Shown in pieces: positions 50,463 through 62,864 of a stretch of 64,000 bases of DNA (position 1 is the stretch's first letter; each line of letters opens with the position of its first letter). The stretch is from positions 18,228,001 to 18,292,000 of the forward strand of contig JBHGNT010000005.1 in NCBI GenBank assembly GCA_043228905.1, written 5' to 3'. The notes beneath the pieces are model-generated. The model was not told the origin of the DNA. It ran no database searches and was given only the letters and a program-made list of their open reading frames with translations. Source of the DNA: Azolla caroliniana. Taxonomy: Eukaryota; Plantae; Polypodiophyta. A program made the translations under genes and the position numbers.

Positions 50463-51402
50463 GGCTTAAGGTCCACACAGAGCTCTTTAAGCTATGTGCT
50501 TGGGCTAATATAAAAAATTGATAAGCTCCTCTCTAAACATAAACTCCTCTCTAAATAGAAGCTCCCTCAATATAATGTCTATATTATTTAATATTATATT
50601 AATACAATAAATAAAGATATTATTTTTAATATAATAATTGTATTCAACATATTAATAATTACTTAAACTAGTCAACATAAAGTTAAATCAATTATTTTTT
50701 ATACCTTATTAATCCTATAATATATAATTTAAATACAATTTACTTTAGCCATCAAGTATAATATAATTACAATCATTACCAAGCCGTATATATGTTGGTT
50801 TAAAGTTAAAATCATTGGTTAATTAATGGCACCCATATTTAATATAGAACTTCTCAACCATTGGTTCATTCATGCCCACCATTTTAAATATAAGCCTTTT
50901 CAATCATTGGTTCATTCATGGCCACATCTTTAATACAAAGCAATTAAGAGTCATAAAAATGTTGCTTTGAGTATTCAATCATTGGTTCATTCGTGAACCT
51001 CTATCATTGTTTCATTCATGACCTTCAAAGTCATTGTATGTTAGTTTGACTATAAAATAATCATTAATATGTTAGTTTGAGTATTTAATTATTTATGCAT
51101 TCATAAGCATCATTTAATTCAAATCCATTAAAGAGTGATTGGTACACTCAAGATTATGTACTAAATAAAGTAACTCTTTCTTAGGTCTAACTAACTAACC
51201 TTAAGCTTGCCAACCCTGGTTAAAGTGATTGTGGTTACTTTAACCACTGTGGTCAATCCCTATAAATAGGAAGAGCTCCTCATATCTCAATCACACGAAG
51301 CACACGCGCAGAACAAAGCACAAGAGCACACAGAGCAAACAAAGCACACAGAGCACGAAGCACCAAATTGTGATCTCCCCCTAAGCATCGACAACATGAA
51401 CC
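50463..51402. promoter_or_regulatory. Putative divergent promoter between transposase and cargo gene
   Basis: AT-rich. TATAAATA at 51261 upstream of cargo exon 1. About five copies of AATCATTGGTTCATTCATG at 50810-51020. Confidence 0.55.
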
Positions 51403-54400
51403 ATGTCTTCAAAGAAAATCGAGCGCCAAGACTCCAGGTAAGCGTCTGACACTCCGGACATTTTTGTAAATATGTTTTAGCATTCAAGAACTCAATACGC
51501 CATATCGAGTTCCTATATAAAGTTCGTGTTTTATATAGGAACTCGATACGACGTATCGAGTTCCTGTTTAAAGTTTGTGTTTTCAACAGGAACTCGGTAC
51601 GCCGTATCGAGTTCCTATATAAAACACGAACACAAAATTGATACAGGAACTCGATACGGCGTACCGAGTTCCTGTTGAAAACACAAACTTTAAACAGGAA
51701 CTCGATACGGCATATCGAGTTCCTATATAAAGTCCGTGCTTTATACAAGAACTTGATACCCTGTATCGAGTTCCTGTTTAAAGTTCCTATTTTATACCGG
51801 AACTCAATACGGCATATGGAGTTCCTGTTTAAAGTTTGTGTTTTGCACAAGAACTCAATACGTCGTATCGAGTTCTTGTGTAAAGTATGTGTTTTATACA
51901 TGAACTCAATACGGCGTATCGAGTTCCTGTTTAAATTTTGTGATTTATACATGATATCGATACGTCGTATCGAGTTACTATATAAAACACAAAATTTAAA
52001 TAGGAATATTGTGTCTTTGGGGGAACAATTTAGTATATGTGTGAAAAGATACCAAATTTTATGTCCAATTCAGACTTTTTTAGTGACATTTGCTATATTT
52101 TGTAACAACTAGCGGCCTTACTTAAAAAGGTTTTATGACCTATAATAGCTTAAAATAATAGAAAATAACCCACGAATTACCTTTATGATACCAAATTTAA
52201 GTTTGTCGTATGCAAATTCTCTACAATATGGATATGGAATCAATATAAACCATACCTACCCTTCAATATGATACATATCCTTGTATAATTATTAAGATAT
52301 ATAATTTTCGAAGTTGAATAGCCCTTACTGGAATTAATTTACGAATAAAGGACTATCATGTTCACTCAATATAAGATTGATATTTATAGTTTACCACAAA
52401 TCGCCTGCTAGTTTTTGTCTTCATCTACTTAATATGTATATTTTAATATACAACCTTAATCTAGGAAACCACCTAACTTATATTTTCGCATGTCCTTTCT
52501 TAAATAGGTCGTTTGAGAACTTGTCGGACCGACCTGTGAAGAAGATAAAGCTCCGGATTCAGGGCTCTCCAATTGAGACCCAGAAACTAATAGTTCCTCA
52601 GAACATGAAGAGAGGGAAAAAGCTTCTCTTCAACGAGGAGAAAAAATCTCAACCATCCGATGATGTCAGCCAAAAGAAAATGTTAGCAGCTATTGGTGGT
52701 GAGGACCTTCCTGACCGTGATCTAACGGACAAGGAATGGTGTATCCAATACGTCGACTCCAAGAAAAAAGTCGTGCTATATACAACAAAGAAGAAGGGCG
52801 ATGGTCAGCTTGAAAATGAAACCACATTTATGTATGGCCGTATTCTACGATTTGACTACGAAGATTCAGATTCAGCCAACATTCTTGTAATGATAGAGTG
52901 CTCGAAGGGGGTACATAAAGTGTACCTTTCTGAAGATCGACTAGTAAAGGAATCTTGTGGACCAGAATCTTTTAAAAAGGATCTAGAAAGCTCACAAAAC
53001 CTTATTGTCACCTTGAGGCCTTATATACAAGGCCATGTAACTCTAAGGGAGCCTTTGCCCTCCCCAATGAAGGCCCCAAAAAGGGCATCTAAAGTGCAAT
53101 CAAGACCACCAAAAAAGAAGACCACTAAAATGTTGAATTCCGACTCATCAAGCTCAAAGGAAGATGAGGATACTAGGGGGACGCCAGGAGCTGAGCTGGC
53201 ATCGGGTGTGTTGTCATCTTAGCATAATAAGATACGGAGAGAGTTAATGCAACGTAAACTGGTCAGAAAAGAGCAAGGGTTTAATTTGCCTGTAACACAC
53301 ATCCGTCGACCCCCTGTAGATGAAAAAACAGGACGAAGACCACTTGAGATCAGAGAGCCACACTGAATGCATGTTCAAAATCTCAAGAAAAAAATGAAAA
53401 TTAATCCACATGCTATTGTTGTGCCTTTTATTGTTATGGTGGATCCCGAAGAATGTGAAACCACTGAAGAATTCGACATAAGAAAGCATGATCAATACAA
53501 TTACTTTGTAATTGGTGGATCGCATTTGGCGGAGGCACATCGGCAACTTGTGAGAGAAAATCCAATGACTTTCTTCTTCAAGTATGCTGAGTGCAAAATT
53601 TACGTGGGCCTCACAACTGAAGAGGCAAAGCTGTTGGCATGGGACCACAATAACGATAATGACTATAGGCAGAAAATGTCATCGATTGAGCGTATAAGGT
53701 TCTTCTACCACGAGTACTTGGACGTCAAACAAAAGTTCAGTGTGAAGCTACATCCAGGCCTACAACGTCAATGCTTGCATGAAGTCGGCATTGTGGTGGA
53801 TGATAATGTCAAGTCCTATGGTCTTCGAAAATATGAGTCCTGGTTTCAACTTGCCTTTAGAGATGGAGAAGTATGGGACCTACAAGATCAAATCTTCTCA
53901 ATGTGGGAGAATAAGGAGGTCAAGGGTCATCAACAAAAGAAATGTACAAGCGGCCAAGAAAATTGATTTGACAATTGAAGAAGCAGCTGATGACATGAAG
54001 TTGTCTCTGTGGAGAGCGATGCAAGGTATTAAGGACGAGCAGCTTCTTGTGTCTGTTTTGTCAAGGGTTGTGGCAAAAGATTTAAGCCTTGAAGAAATGG
54101 TCATTGAGTTCAATAAGTAAGTCTTTCAAATAGTGATATTGAATTCAATATGGTGCAATTGAATGTTCTAATTTCGTTTTTCTAATTTCACATTCATAAG
54201 GTGTACATGAAGATCCAAGAAGTTATGATGAAACGACTTGGATATATAACTTGGGAACAAGTGACCGAGGATTATCCTCTAAAGTCTTCATATAAGGCGT
54301 TATCCGAGTATTTTATTGCATTCAAGGATTGGGTTAGTATTGGTGTTTTTTCATTAAGCTTTCCTCATATGTAGAGGTTGTGTAATAATACTTGATGTCT

Positions 54401-55707
54401 TATTGCTTCTAATAGAAACCATGTCATGGCAAGAAACAAGGAGAAGTTAAGGATATACACGATTTCCCAATATCCTTCCTTGCACATATCGAGGGAGCCA
54501 GAAAAGAAAATGATCGTCGCTTAGTCAAGGCGTACGAAATTGAGGAAGATGGCTCCTTCAAAACATTTAGCCACAAAAAGGATATTACGAGAGATCTTTA
54601 CTACAACATGGTTTGCAGCAATGTCGTTGACATGATCCAAAAAGTGCCAAAGAAGGAATATTCGCTAATGATTGTTGATATTCCATATGGATTTCGAATG
54701 GCAGGGTCATCATACGACGATGAACCGTTTAAGTTTAAACAATTAGAGAAGATGGTCAAGGATTTTGCTGAGCTAACGACTACATCCTTGTGGAGAATAG
54801 TTGTCTTTCATAGTATGGACCAAGGGTGCTCGGTAGCTCAAGCTTTGAGATCTCATTGCCATGGCATCGAGAACCTTGCATGGTAAGGATTATTTATATG
54901 TCTCATTCACTATATTGCCTTTCTTAAGATTGTTCAATCTATTCTTAACTCGATGCAATATTTGTTATAGGATAAAAACCAATGTCAATAGAGGGCCAAC
55001 CTTTCGGTTTGTAAATGCCATTGAATACATTACGGTTGGCTACTTCGATGAAATTAAGAAACAAAGAATCAAGGAGCATTCTAATGAAGTGGGAGGTTCA
55101 AATCTGTTGGTATATCCAGTAGTGACACGGAAATTGCGACATGTCACCACGACAAAACAGGGACTTGTCAACCCATACCAAAAACCTCAACGACTTATGA
55201 TGCGCTTGATCGAGATGTTTTCTGTAGAAGGAGATTGGATATTAGACCTCTTTTCTGGCACAGGTATTCCTCGAACTAGGTTAACGATCTTGAGATAACC
55301 AATACTGAATCTTTTTTGTTTGAAAACTAATTCTTCTTGTTACTTTCTTCACAGGGACAATGTTTGCATGTGCATTGAAGCTCTTTAGAAACATAGTTGC
55401 ATTGGAGAAGGACGAGGAGCAAGTTATATTTATAAACATGAGGATTAAGACTTTGTGGGAGTGCCCAGACCAAGACGAGGAGGTCGGTGCAAAGAACCTC
55501 GCTGATACCAAAAGTTTTCAACCTGCTTCGCGAGAGCCTATTCCTCTGTTAGCTAGGGAACCGAGGGAGCTAATAGAGCTTGATGATGAGCTTATAGAAG
55601 ATATTTGGTTGGCTCGGCTAACAGGGGAAGACAATGCACGTCTGGCCGAAGAGACTTCTATACAGGATGAAGAAGAAAATGACATTGATGATTTGCTTGC
55701 TATGTAA
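51403..55707 (+). pseudogene. Six-exon ParB-like + beta-class N6A/N4C DNA methyltransferase gene, copy 2
   Basis: Exons 51403-51437, 52508-54116, 54194-54332, 54416-54882, 54971-55263 and 55355-55707 join in phase via GT-AG introns (one acceptor mutated here, intact in copy 1). Motifs YFVIGGSH, DIPY, NPYQKP and LDLFSGTGT..ALEKD. Two stops and one small deletion. Confidence 0.88.
51486..52010. repeat. Array of ten 29-bp palindromes, 51-bp period, in cargo intron 1
   Basis: Consensus AGGAACTCGATACG-N-CGTATCGAGTTCCT separated by mutually related spacers of about 22 bp. Confidence 0.92.
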
Positions 55708-56749
55708 TAGACTCTTTTGTTCACGAAATGTATTGTTTGGAATTCACATTATTAATACAAATTTTGGGTTTTACTGGTGTATTCTATTCTTTATAATCTT
55801 CTATATGTTTCAATTTTATTTCTATATACTTAGTTAGTAGACTTATGACATTGGTTTCACCACGTGCATTGCTGACTACCAATATGGAGAAACATGAATT
55901 AGTTTAAATTAAGGCTGATTTTGGTCAAACTTTACCTTAACATAACATGCTCATAGAATTGTTGCCATGACTGTCCATGTTGTTATTATGGATCTTTGTC
56001 TTCTATTGTTAAAACTATTATGTTTCTCTTCCATTGCTGCTTTGATTGTGTAGTGTGTTGATAATGGTTCCACTAGCATTATCCGCATGTTTTTATACGC
56101 TTCTAGTTCCGCTAGCGTTATCGTTTGGAGTTTGATCCAGTGTGAATCACCTAAGGAATGGATTAGATCAATTTTAAATACAAGTATGAAAGCCTTAATA
56201 GGTTTGTTATTTCCACCACATTATCCTAAAGTTCACTATCTTACATTGTCCACAATTATATACATATGGTTTGATTCCATACGAACAAACTGAGGAATAG
56301 ATTAAATCAACTTTAAATAAAAGTATTAAATACCTTAATAAGTTAGTTATTCCAATCACATTATCCTAACGTTCACTATCCTACATTGTCCACAATTATA
56401 TACATGCGAGTATGGGTCAAAGTATAAATTATAACTCATTTTATTAGTATGGTTACAAGTACACCTCATATTTTTGTAAAACTTACCAAATTAATATAAG
56501 TCTTTAACTTAGTATTTCCCATGTCGCACATTAGTTAGACATTGAGCCATTGTTGAACTTTATTATGCCTACATTAACTTATCAACACATCCAAACTTAT
56601 TTGAATTTCTAATAATCTCCACTCGTAGACCTATCATGTATTTTTATTTTTGCAAATTCTAATCAAATTGTGGAACATGTGATACTAGTGCATCCAATTT
56701 TTGTAGAGAGGGTATATTTGGATATTTTCAAGAATATTCTACAAGTGGA

Positions 56750-56785
56750 ATGCGCGATCCTTCCACTTGTGAACGCGAACGTGTT
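56750..56785 (-). repeat. Right TIR
   Basis: ATGCGCGATCCTTCCACTTGTGAACGCGAACGTGTT, the exact reverse complement of 32480-32515. Confidence 0.95.
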
Positions 56786-56828
56786 AGATATCTACCTCAA
56801 GTGAAGGACAAATATGTGCGGAAACGTT

Positions 56829-56940
56829 TGTGAGGACCTATCGGTTATGCTCAACAAACAACACAGAGAGAAGGCAAGAATATATAGACAGATAATAGAC
56901 ACACACGGATGAAGCTTTAATGGAAGCTCTCTTTATTCCT

Positions 56941-56988
<48 letters not shown>

Positions 56989-57142
56989 CCCCCCCCCCTC
57001 TCTCTCAGAGAATTGATGTATAGGATGATCAAGCGATTCTACTTTTACAACGTTAGGTTATCGCTTATATACTAAGCCCTAACTATATGGATGAGTTCAC
57101 ACTATGATACAAACAGGAAGGAGTCAGCCTTTTATGCCAACA
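56829..57142 (-). repeat. Probable 3' LTR of a minus-strand copia, with (CT)n tract
   Basis: Ends CCAACA followed by AACTCCCTT (PPT complement). Left boundary uncertain. Confidence 0.45.
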
Positions 57143-57299
57143 AACTCCCTTGTAAAAGGACTACTCTTTCCTACATGTACATGCATTTGGGGTTGTCTGC
57201 CCCGTAAACCTAGATTACAACACTAGTCTAAATTTATGTTACAAGTCGGTCGGCATATAGTCCAATCGGAAAAGGTGAGGTCCGTGTTGAGCCTGGCAT

Positions 57300-60200
57300 G
57301 GCTCATTATCATGATTGATTTGATCAACTTTTACCTTCTGCTCCTCGCTCGGCTTTCTTCTGCTTGATCGCTTGTCGTAGTCCCATCTTTGTCCTTAGTG
57401 CTCTGAAGCGTTGATCTAGGAGTGACTTCGTCAGGCAATCGACGATGTTCACCTCAATGTCGATCTTCCGAACTTCGAGCTTCTTCTCGATTATGAGCTC
57501 CCAGATGTGATGATACCGCACCTCAATGTGCTTCTTCTTTGCATGATAGACTGGATTGTTAATGAGGTGAATCGCGCTCTGGGAGTCGCAATAGATGGCG
57601 GCGCTAGTCGGTCAATTCGGCTTGTAGATGAGAGGTTGACAGACAGTCGGTGCAACTAGATCACTTCCTTCGCTGCCTCCGATGTTGCTATGTACTCGGC
57701 CTCTGTGGTCGACTGGGCCGTGCACTCTTGAAACTTCGACCTCGATGATATCGCACCACCACCATAGGTGAAAATATAGCCTGATGCTGACTTCCGATTG
57801 TCCTTATTTCCGTCATAGTAAGAGTTAGTGTAGCCTTCGACTTCGGCTGAGGTTGTCAATCCGAAAGTCAGATGTGTATCTTCGGTCCCTCTCAGGTACC
57901 TGAAGATGTGCATAACAACCTCCCAATGCTTTCGTCCTGGGTTTGACATGTACTGGCTGACCACTCGTACGGCATAGGCTAGGTCGGGTCGGGTCGCCAC
58001 GATTGCGTACATGATACTTCCTACGGCCGATGTGTAGAGCATCTTTCCATTAAGCTCTCTCTCCTTTTCCGTTGAAGGAGAGTCTCTGTCCGATAGTCGG
58101 ATTGATGTCGGAAGTGGTGCTGGTACTGGCTTCGCATTCTACATGTTGAAGCGCCTCAACACCTTCCGGATATAGTCAGACTAGGAGAGTCGGAGAGTCT
58201 TGGTCATCCGATTTCGCTCAATCCTCATGCCTAGTATGTGACAGGCTTGTCCGAGTTCCTTCATCGTGAACTTGTCGTGAAGGCTCCGCTTCAACTTCCT
58301 TATTTCTGCTTGATTGCTTCCTGTTTTTTCTACTCGGTTGCTTGTCGTAGTCCCATCTTTGTCTTTAGTGCTCTGAAGCGTAGATCTGGGAGTGGCTTCG
58401 TCAAGCAATCGACGATGTTCACCTCAGTGTCGATTTTCCCGACTTCGAGCTTCTTTTTGGTTACGAGCTCCCGGATGTGATGCTACCGCACCTCAATGTG
58501 CTTCATCTTTGCGTGGTAGACGGGATTGTTGATGAGGTGTATTGCGCTCTGTGAATTGCAATGGATGGTTGGCGATAGCCGGTTGTTTTTGCTTGTATCT
58601 GAGAAGTCAGCTGACAATTGGTGCAACCAGATCGCTTCCTTTGTTGCTTCCGATATCGCTATGTACTCGTCTTCTGTGGTAGACAGAGTCGTGCAATCTT
58701 GAAGTTTTGACCTCCATGATATTGCACCACCACCATAGGTGAAGATGTGGCCTGATGTCGATTTCCGATTATATGTATTTCCAGCATAGTTAGAATCATA
58801 GATTGACCCATGCGTGAAATTCGTAATATTCGACATCCGTAATATTTGTAAAATTCGAGAATACAAAATGACCCCAAGAATATTATAGAACCATTTGTTT
58901 ATTTATTTATTATTTTAAAACATAATTTTATATATTATATATAAAAATATTATTAGTCTAAGGTCCCCTTTTTAATGTCAAGAGAGTAAAAAGTGGGGAA
59001 TTAATGAGCCTTTTATTTATTTTTTATTTATTTATTAAAAATAAAACAAATAATTTAAATTTTTTAATCTATTATAAGAACGTGAGATAAAAATATAAAA
59101 TTTTGTGAGAACCTTTTATTTATTCTATTTATTTACAAAAAAAAAAAAAATTATTTTTATTTTTATTAAAAATTAAAACATATACATCTAAGATCAATAT
59201 TATAAAAATATTATTAGTGTGAGTTCCCCTTTTTAATGTGAAATAAAAATATGAAATTTATGGGAACCTTTTATTTAGTTAATTTATTTAGTTAATTTAT
59301 TTACATTTATTTATTTATTTATTTTTCGTTTTATTAAAAAATAAAACAAATACATTTAAGTTTTATATATATTATAAAAATATTATTAGTATGAAGTTCC
59401 CTTTTAATAATAGATAAAAATATCAATTTTTGTGGGAGAGTAAAGTGGGAAATTAATGAACCTTTTATTTATTATTTATTATTATTTTATATTTATTAAA
59501 AATAAAACAAATACTTTTAAGTTTTAAGTTTTCCATTTATTATATAAAAATATTATTTAGTGTAAGACTCCTTTTTAATGTCAAGTTAAATATCCCATAT
59601 TTAATGTGAAAGTCTCTTTGTTATATGATATATATATTAGAAACTAAAAAGTAGGAACTCTTTTTTTTTCTTTTTTTTAAACGAATATTTTTTCATGTAT
59701 TCTTATGCGTATTCGTATGTATTTGTATGGTAACCCCCACGAATGCGAATATGTCAATCTATGGTTAGAATCGGTGTAGCCTTCAACTTCGGTTGAGGTT
59801 GTCAAACCGGAAGTCAGTTGTGTATCTTCGGTCCCTCTCAGGTACCTGAAGATGTGCTTAACGGCCTGCCAATGCTTCCGTTTTCGGTTTGACATGTACC
59901 GGCTCACCAACCCTACAACATAGGTTAGGTCGGGTCGGGTCGCCACCATTGCGTACATGATACTTCCTATGGCCGATGCGTAGGGCATCTTTCCATTAAG
60001 CTCTCTCCTTGTCTGTTGAAGGAGAGTCTCTATTCGATAGTCGGATTGACGTCGGAAACGGTGTTGGTGTTGGCTTCGCTTTCTCCATATTGAAGCACTT
60101 CAGCATCTTCCGGATATAGTCGAATTGGGAGAGTCAGAGAGTCTTAGTCATCCGATTTCACTCGATCCTCATGCCGAGTATGTGTCAGGTCCGAGTTCCT

Positions 60201-60780
60201 TCATCACGAACTTGTCTGAAGGCTCCGCTTCAGTTTTCCAATATCTACTTGATTGCTTCCTACAATCAGCATGTCGTCGACATATAGGATCAGGTAGATC
60301 CTAGACTCGTTGGGTAGTTGCCGAACATACATACATGGGTCGAAGTCAGTTCTACGGTATCCAAGTTGCCTGATGTAGGAATCAAACTTCTGGTACCACA
60401 TCCTCGGTGCTTGTTTCAAGCCATATAGGCTTTTCTTTAGTCGACATACGAGGTGACTCTCATCCCCCGTCGTCGAGAAGCCTGCCGGTTGAGACATATA
60501 TATGTCTTCTTCCAAATCTCCATGTAGAAATGTCGTCTTTACATCCAGCTGCTCTAGCTCTAGGTCTTCTGTCATCACAACTCCTAGTAAGAGTTGGAGG
60601 GTGGTCATCTTGACTACTGGTGAGAATATCTCGTCGTAGTCGACCCCGTATTCTTGTTTGAATCCCTTTGCAACGAGCCGAGCTTTGTACTTGGGTTTGT
60701 CTGAGTCGGATACATATTTGTATCGAAAACCCATTTTCAGGTTAGTGGCTTCCTTCCAGCTGGCAATTCAACCAGTTTCA
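57300..60780 (-). mobile_element. Two tandem decayed copia RT/RNaseH segments
   Basis: YASAIGSIMY, STTEAEY, KHIEVR and LYVDDML; 57340-58300 is repeated at 58340-60260. Confidence 0.88.
58797..59763. mobile_element. Non-autonomous hAT-type MITE
   Basis: 11-bp TIR CATAGATTGAC/GTCAATCTATG and 8-bp TSD GTTAGAAT; AT-rich interior with degenerate tandem repeats. Confidence 0.88.
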
Positions 60781-62864
60781 TCAATGAGTTTGTGGCATTC
60801 CTCCTATAAGAGATAATGCATTACCAATTCACATGTGGATACACACCACAATAGGACAATGTAGCTAAGCAAAAGAATCGCCAACATTGTAGAAGTTGCC
60901 AATGGCATGGTCAACAAGAAGAAGTTGCACTCATACTAAATGAAAGTGTTTTGTACAACCATCTATATCATTAAGTACATACTACCTAATCATCATAGAT
61001 TCCATTGGTCTCAAAGAGAGTGGTATAGATTACCTCTCCTTCATCAAGCAAATGAGCATATGTTGAACTTGAGGTGTTGATACTAGGGTGTTACCATGCT
61101 TGTCTATCCTACTCCCCTTTTATGAAAAGCTAATAATTTGGCGTTGAAACTTCTTTGCATTTTAAGTGTTCTAGCTTTTGTCCATGTCCTATTTGGAGAC
61201 AAAACGCCATTATCCTAGTATTAATTTTTCTACATATTCAATTTCTCTTCTCATGCTAGGTACATATTACAATAGAAAGAATGATACAACAAGAAGCTCT
61301 AGTTCATGTGCTCTTAAGGCAACATAACATATACAACTCAATGACTAATTGTGAAGAACTAACCTTATAACATGTCTCAAGTCCTTGTAATAAATCAAAT
61401 TGGTAACCCTAATGACTAACCTATCGATAACATTTACTTAAACACTATCTTTGTTGACCAAAATTAAAAGGATCATTTGCATTTGTTCAAACCAACAACG
61501 ATACCTATATGTTAATCATATGGAGAAGCTTTTGTATCACCAAAGCGCTAAAACATTTATTTCTTGAGTACTTATTTGTTTGGTTCTATGCCAATGTTGT
61601 TAAATACACAATAAACCCTCTTTCCTACTCCATGGTGACATATCTATGTTCAATTGATACTAATAGTAAGGTATTTGAAGGTTTCTAGTTTCTCAAATGG
61701 TTCATTTTTTGTTTGCAATGCACAATTTATACGTATAGAGAGTCTTCACAAGCATAACCTTAACTTGGGAGCTTTTTGACCCCCAACTTACTAGGTTTGA
61801 CCATTTATTGAATGTTTGAGGGTGAGGGAGACCACTAGCCCATGGCAAGGACTGAGTTTTATTTTACTCAACTCTTGTGTCTTCAATGATATATTGTAAA
61901 GAGAGTGCAAATGCTGAAATAAAATAGCTAGAAAAGGTTGTAAAAATAGACCCCAACCCATTAACTTAATGAGAGACTTAGAGAGAATCGTAGAGAGATC
62001 AGACTTGAATGTGTGGTCGGATCTTTATAAAATCATTAATGATGATTAATTAGATTATATTAGCTAGCCATGTTTATGATTAGTAACCCATAAAAAGACG
62101 GTGCATGCATACAAGTTAAGAAAATGCCTCATATTTCACATTGCATGAAGGATTTTCATGTTCATGCTAATGTTAAAATTTAGGATTCAAGGCATATTAT
62201 TGTGGTCATTATTGAGTCTAGTTTTGAGATATAGGGCATTCTGTGGACATGGTTGTGGGATTTAGAGCTATTATGGTTTTGGAGGAATATCAGGTTAAGA
62301 GTGCACGAAAGGTTATCACATAGAACTAACTGGAGGAAACCAAGCATTTGTGGTGATATTACTTTTTGATCGTTCAATGCTGTTTTTCCTATCATTACAA
62401 AGCAGAATTCACCATGTGCTGGATTTTCACCAAGTGCTAGAAATGTTATCAAGGGAAATAAAAGACCGTCGTGCAATATATTTGTGTTCAAAATGTGTGA
62501 TATATCCATGTGCATAAAAACTTCATGATATATTGGAGGCAGCAAGAATAGAGTGGCCATGTACCATAACACAATGCACATAGATGATCCCATCAATACT
62601 GTGTATAGAGATGGGAAAACATGCGAAATGGTGACTAAATAACATCACCAAAAAACTTTTCTTTATCTTTTAAAAATCAGTTGTGCATTTAGTTCTTGAA
62701 AGCCAAAAAAATAGAACATAAGATTTGCACGGACGCACAAATCAGCTGGTAGTAAGAGAATGGGTAGTGCTAGCCTATTGTGGCTGTCGAACTGAAAATG
62801 TTGCACATACACATACATACATACATACATGCATACATAGAGAAGTTGGGAGTTTAAACCTAAC

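Larger units (their letters stand above)
32480..56785. mobile_element. Full-length TIR DNA transposon (Sola-like) carrying a ParB-MTase gene, copy 2
   Basis: Perfect 36-bp TIRs and TSD AGAT (32476-32479 and 56786-56789). Transposase on minus strand, cargo on plus strand. Two large LTR insertions split the transposase. Confidence 0.92.

Noticed and set aside
51486-52010. CRISPR array
   Set aside because: Spacers are variants or inversions of one sequence, no cas genes are present, and the context is a eukaryotic intron.
51287-52112. ORFs with RNSIRRIEFL repeats on both strands
   Set aside because: Artefact of a palindromic repeat with a 51-bp (17-codon) period.
54608-55707. Bacterial contamination or a restriction-modification operon
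   Set aside because: In-phase spliceosomal introns split the MTase motifs, the gene is embedded in plant TEs, and no endonuclease is present.
56741-56789. Helitron 3' end
   Set aside because: A hairpin is present, but there is no CTRR terminus or RepHel; TIRs and TSD indicate a DDE/D element.
61000-62860. Short ORFs such as 62180-62596 and 62663-62893
   Set aside because: No recognisable motifs; likely PRR 3' UTR and intergenic DNA.
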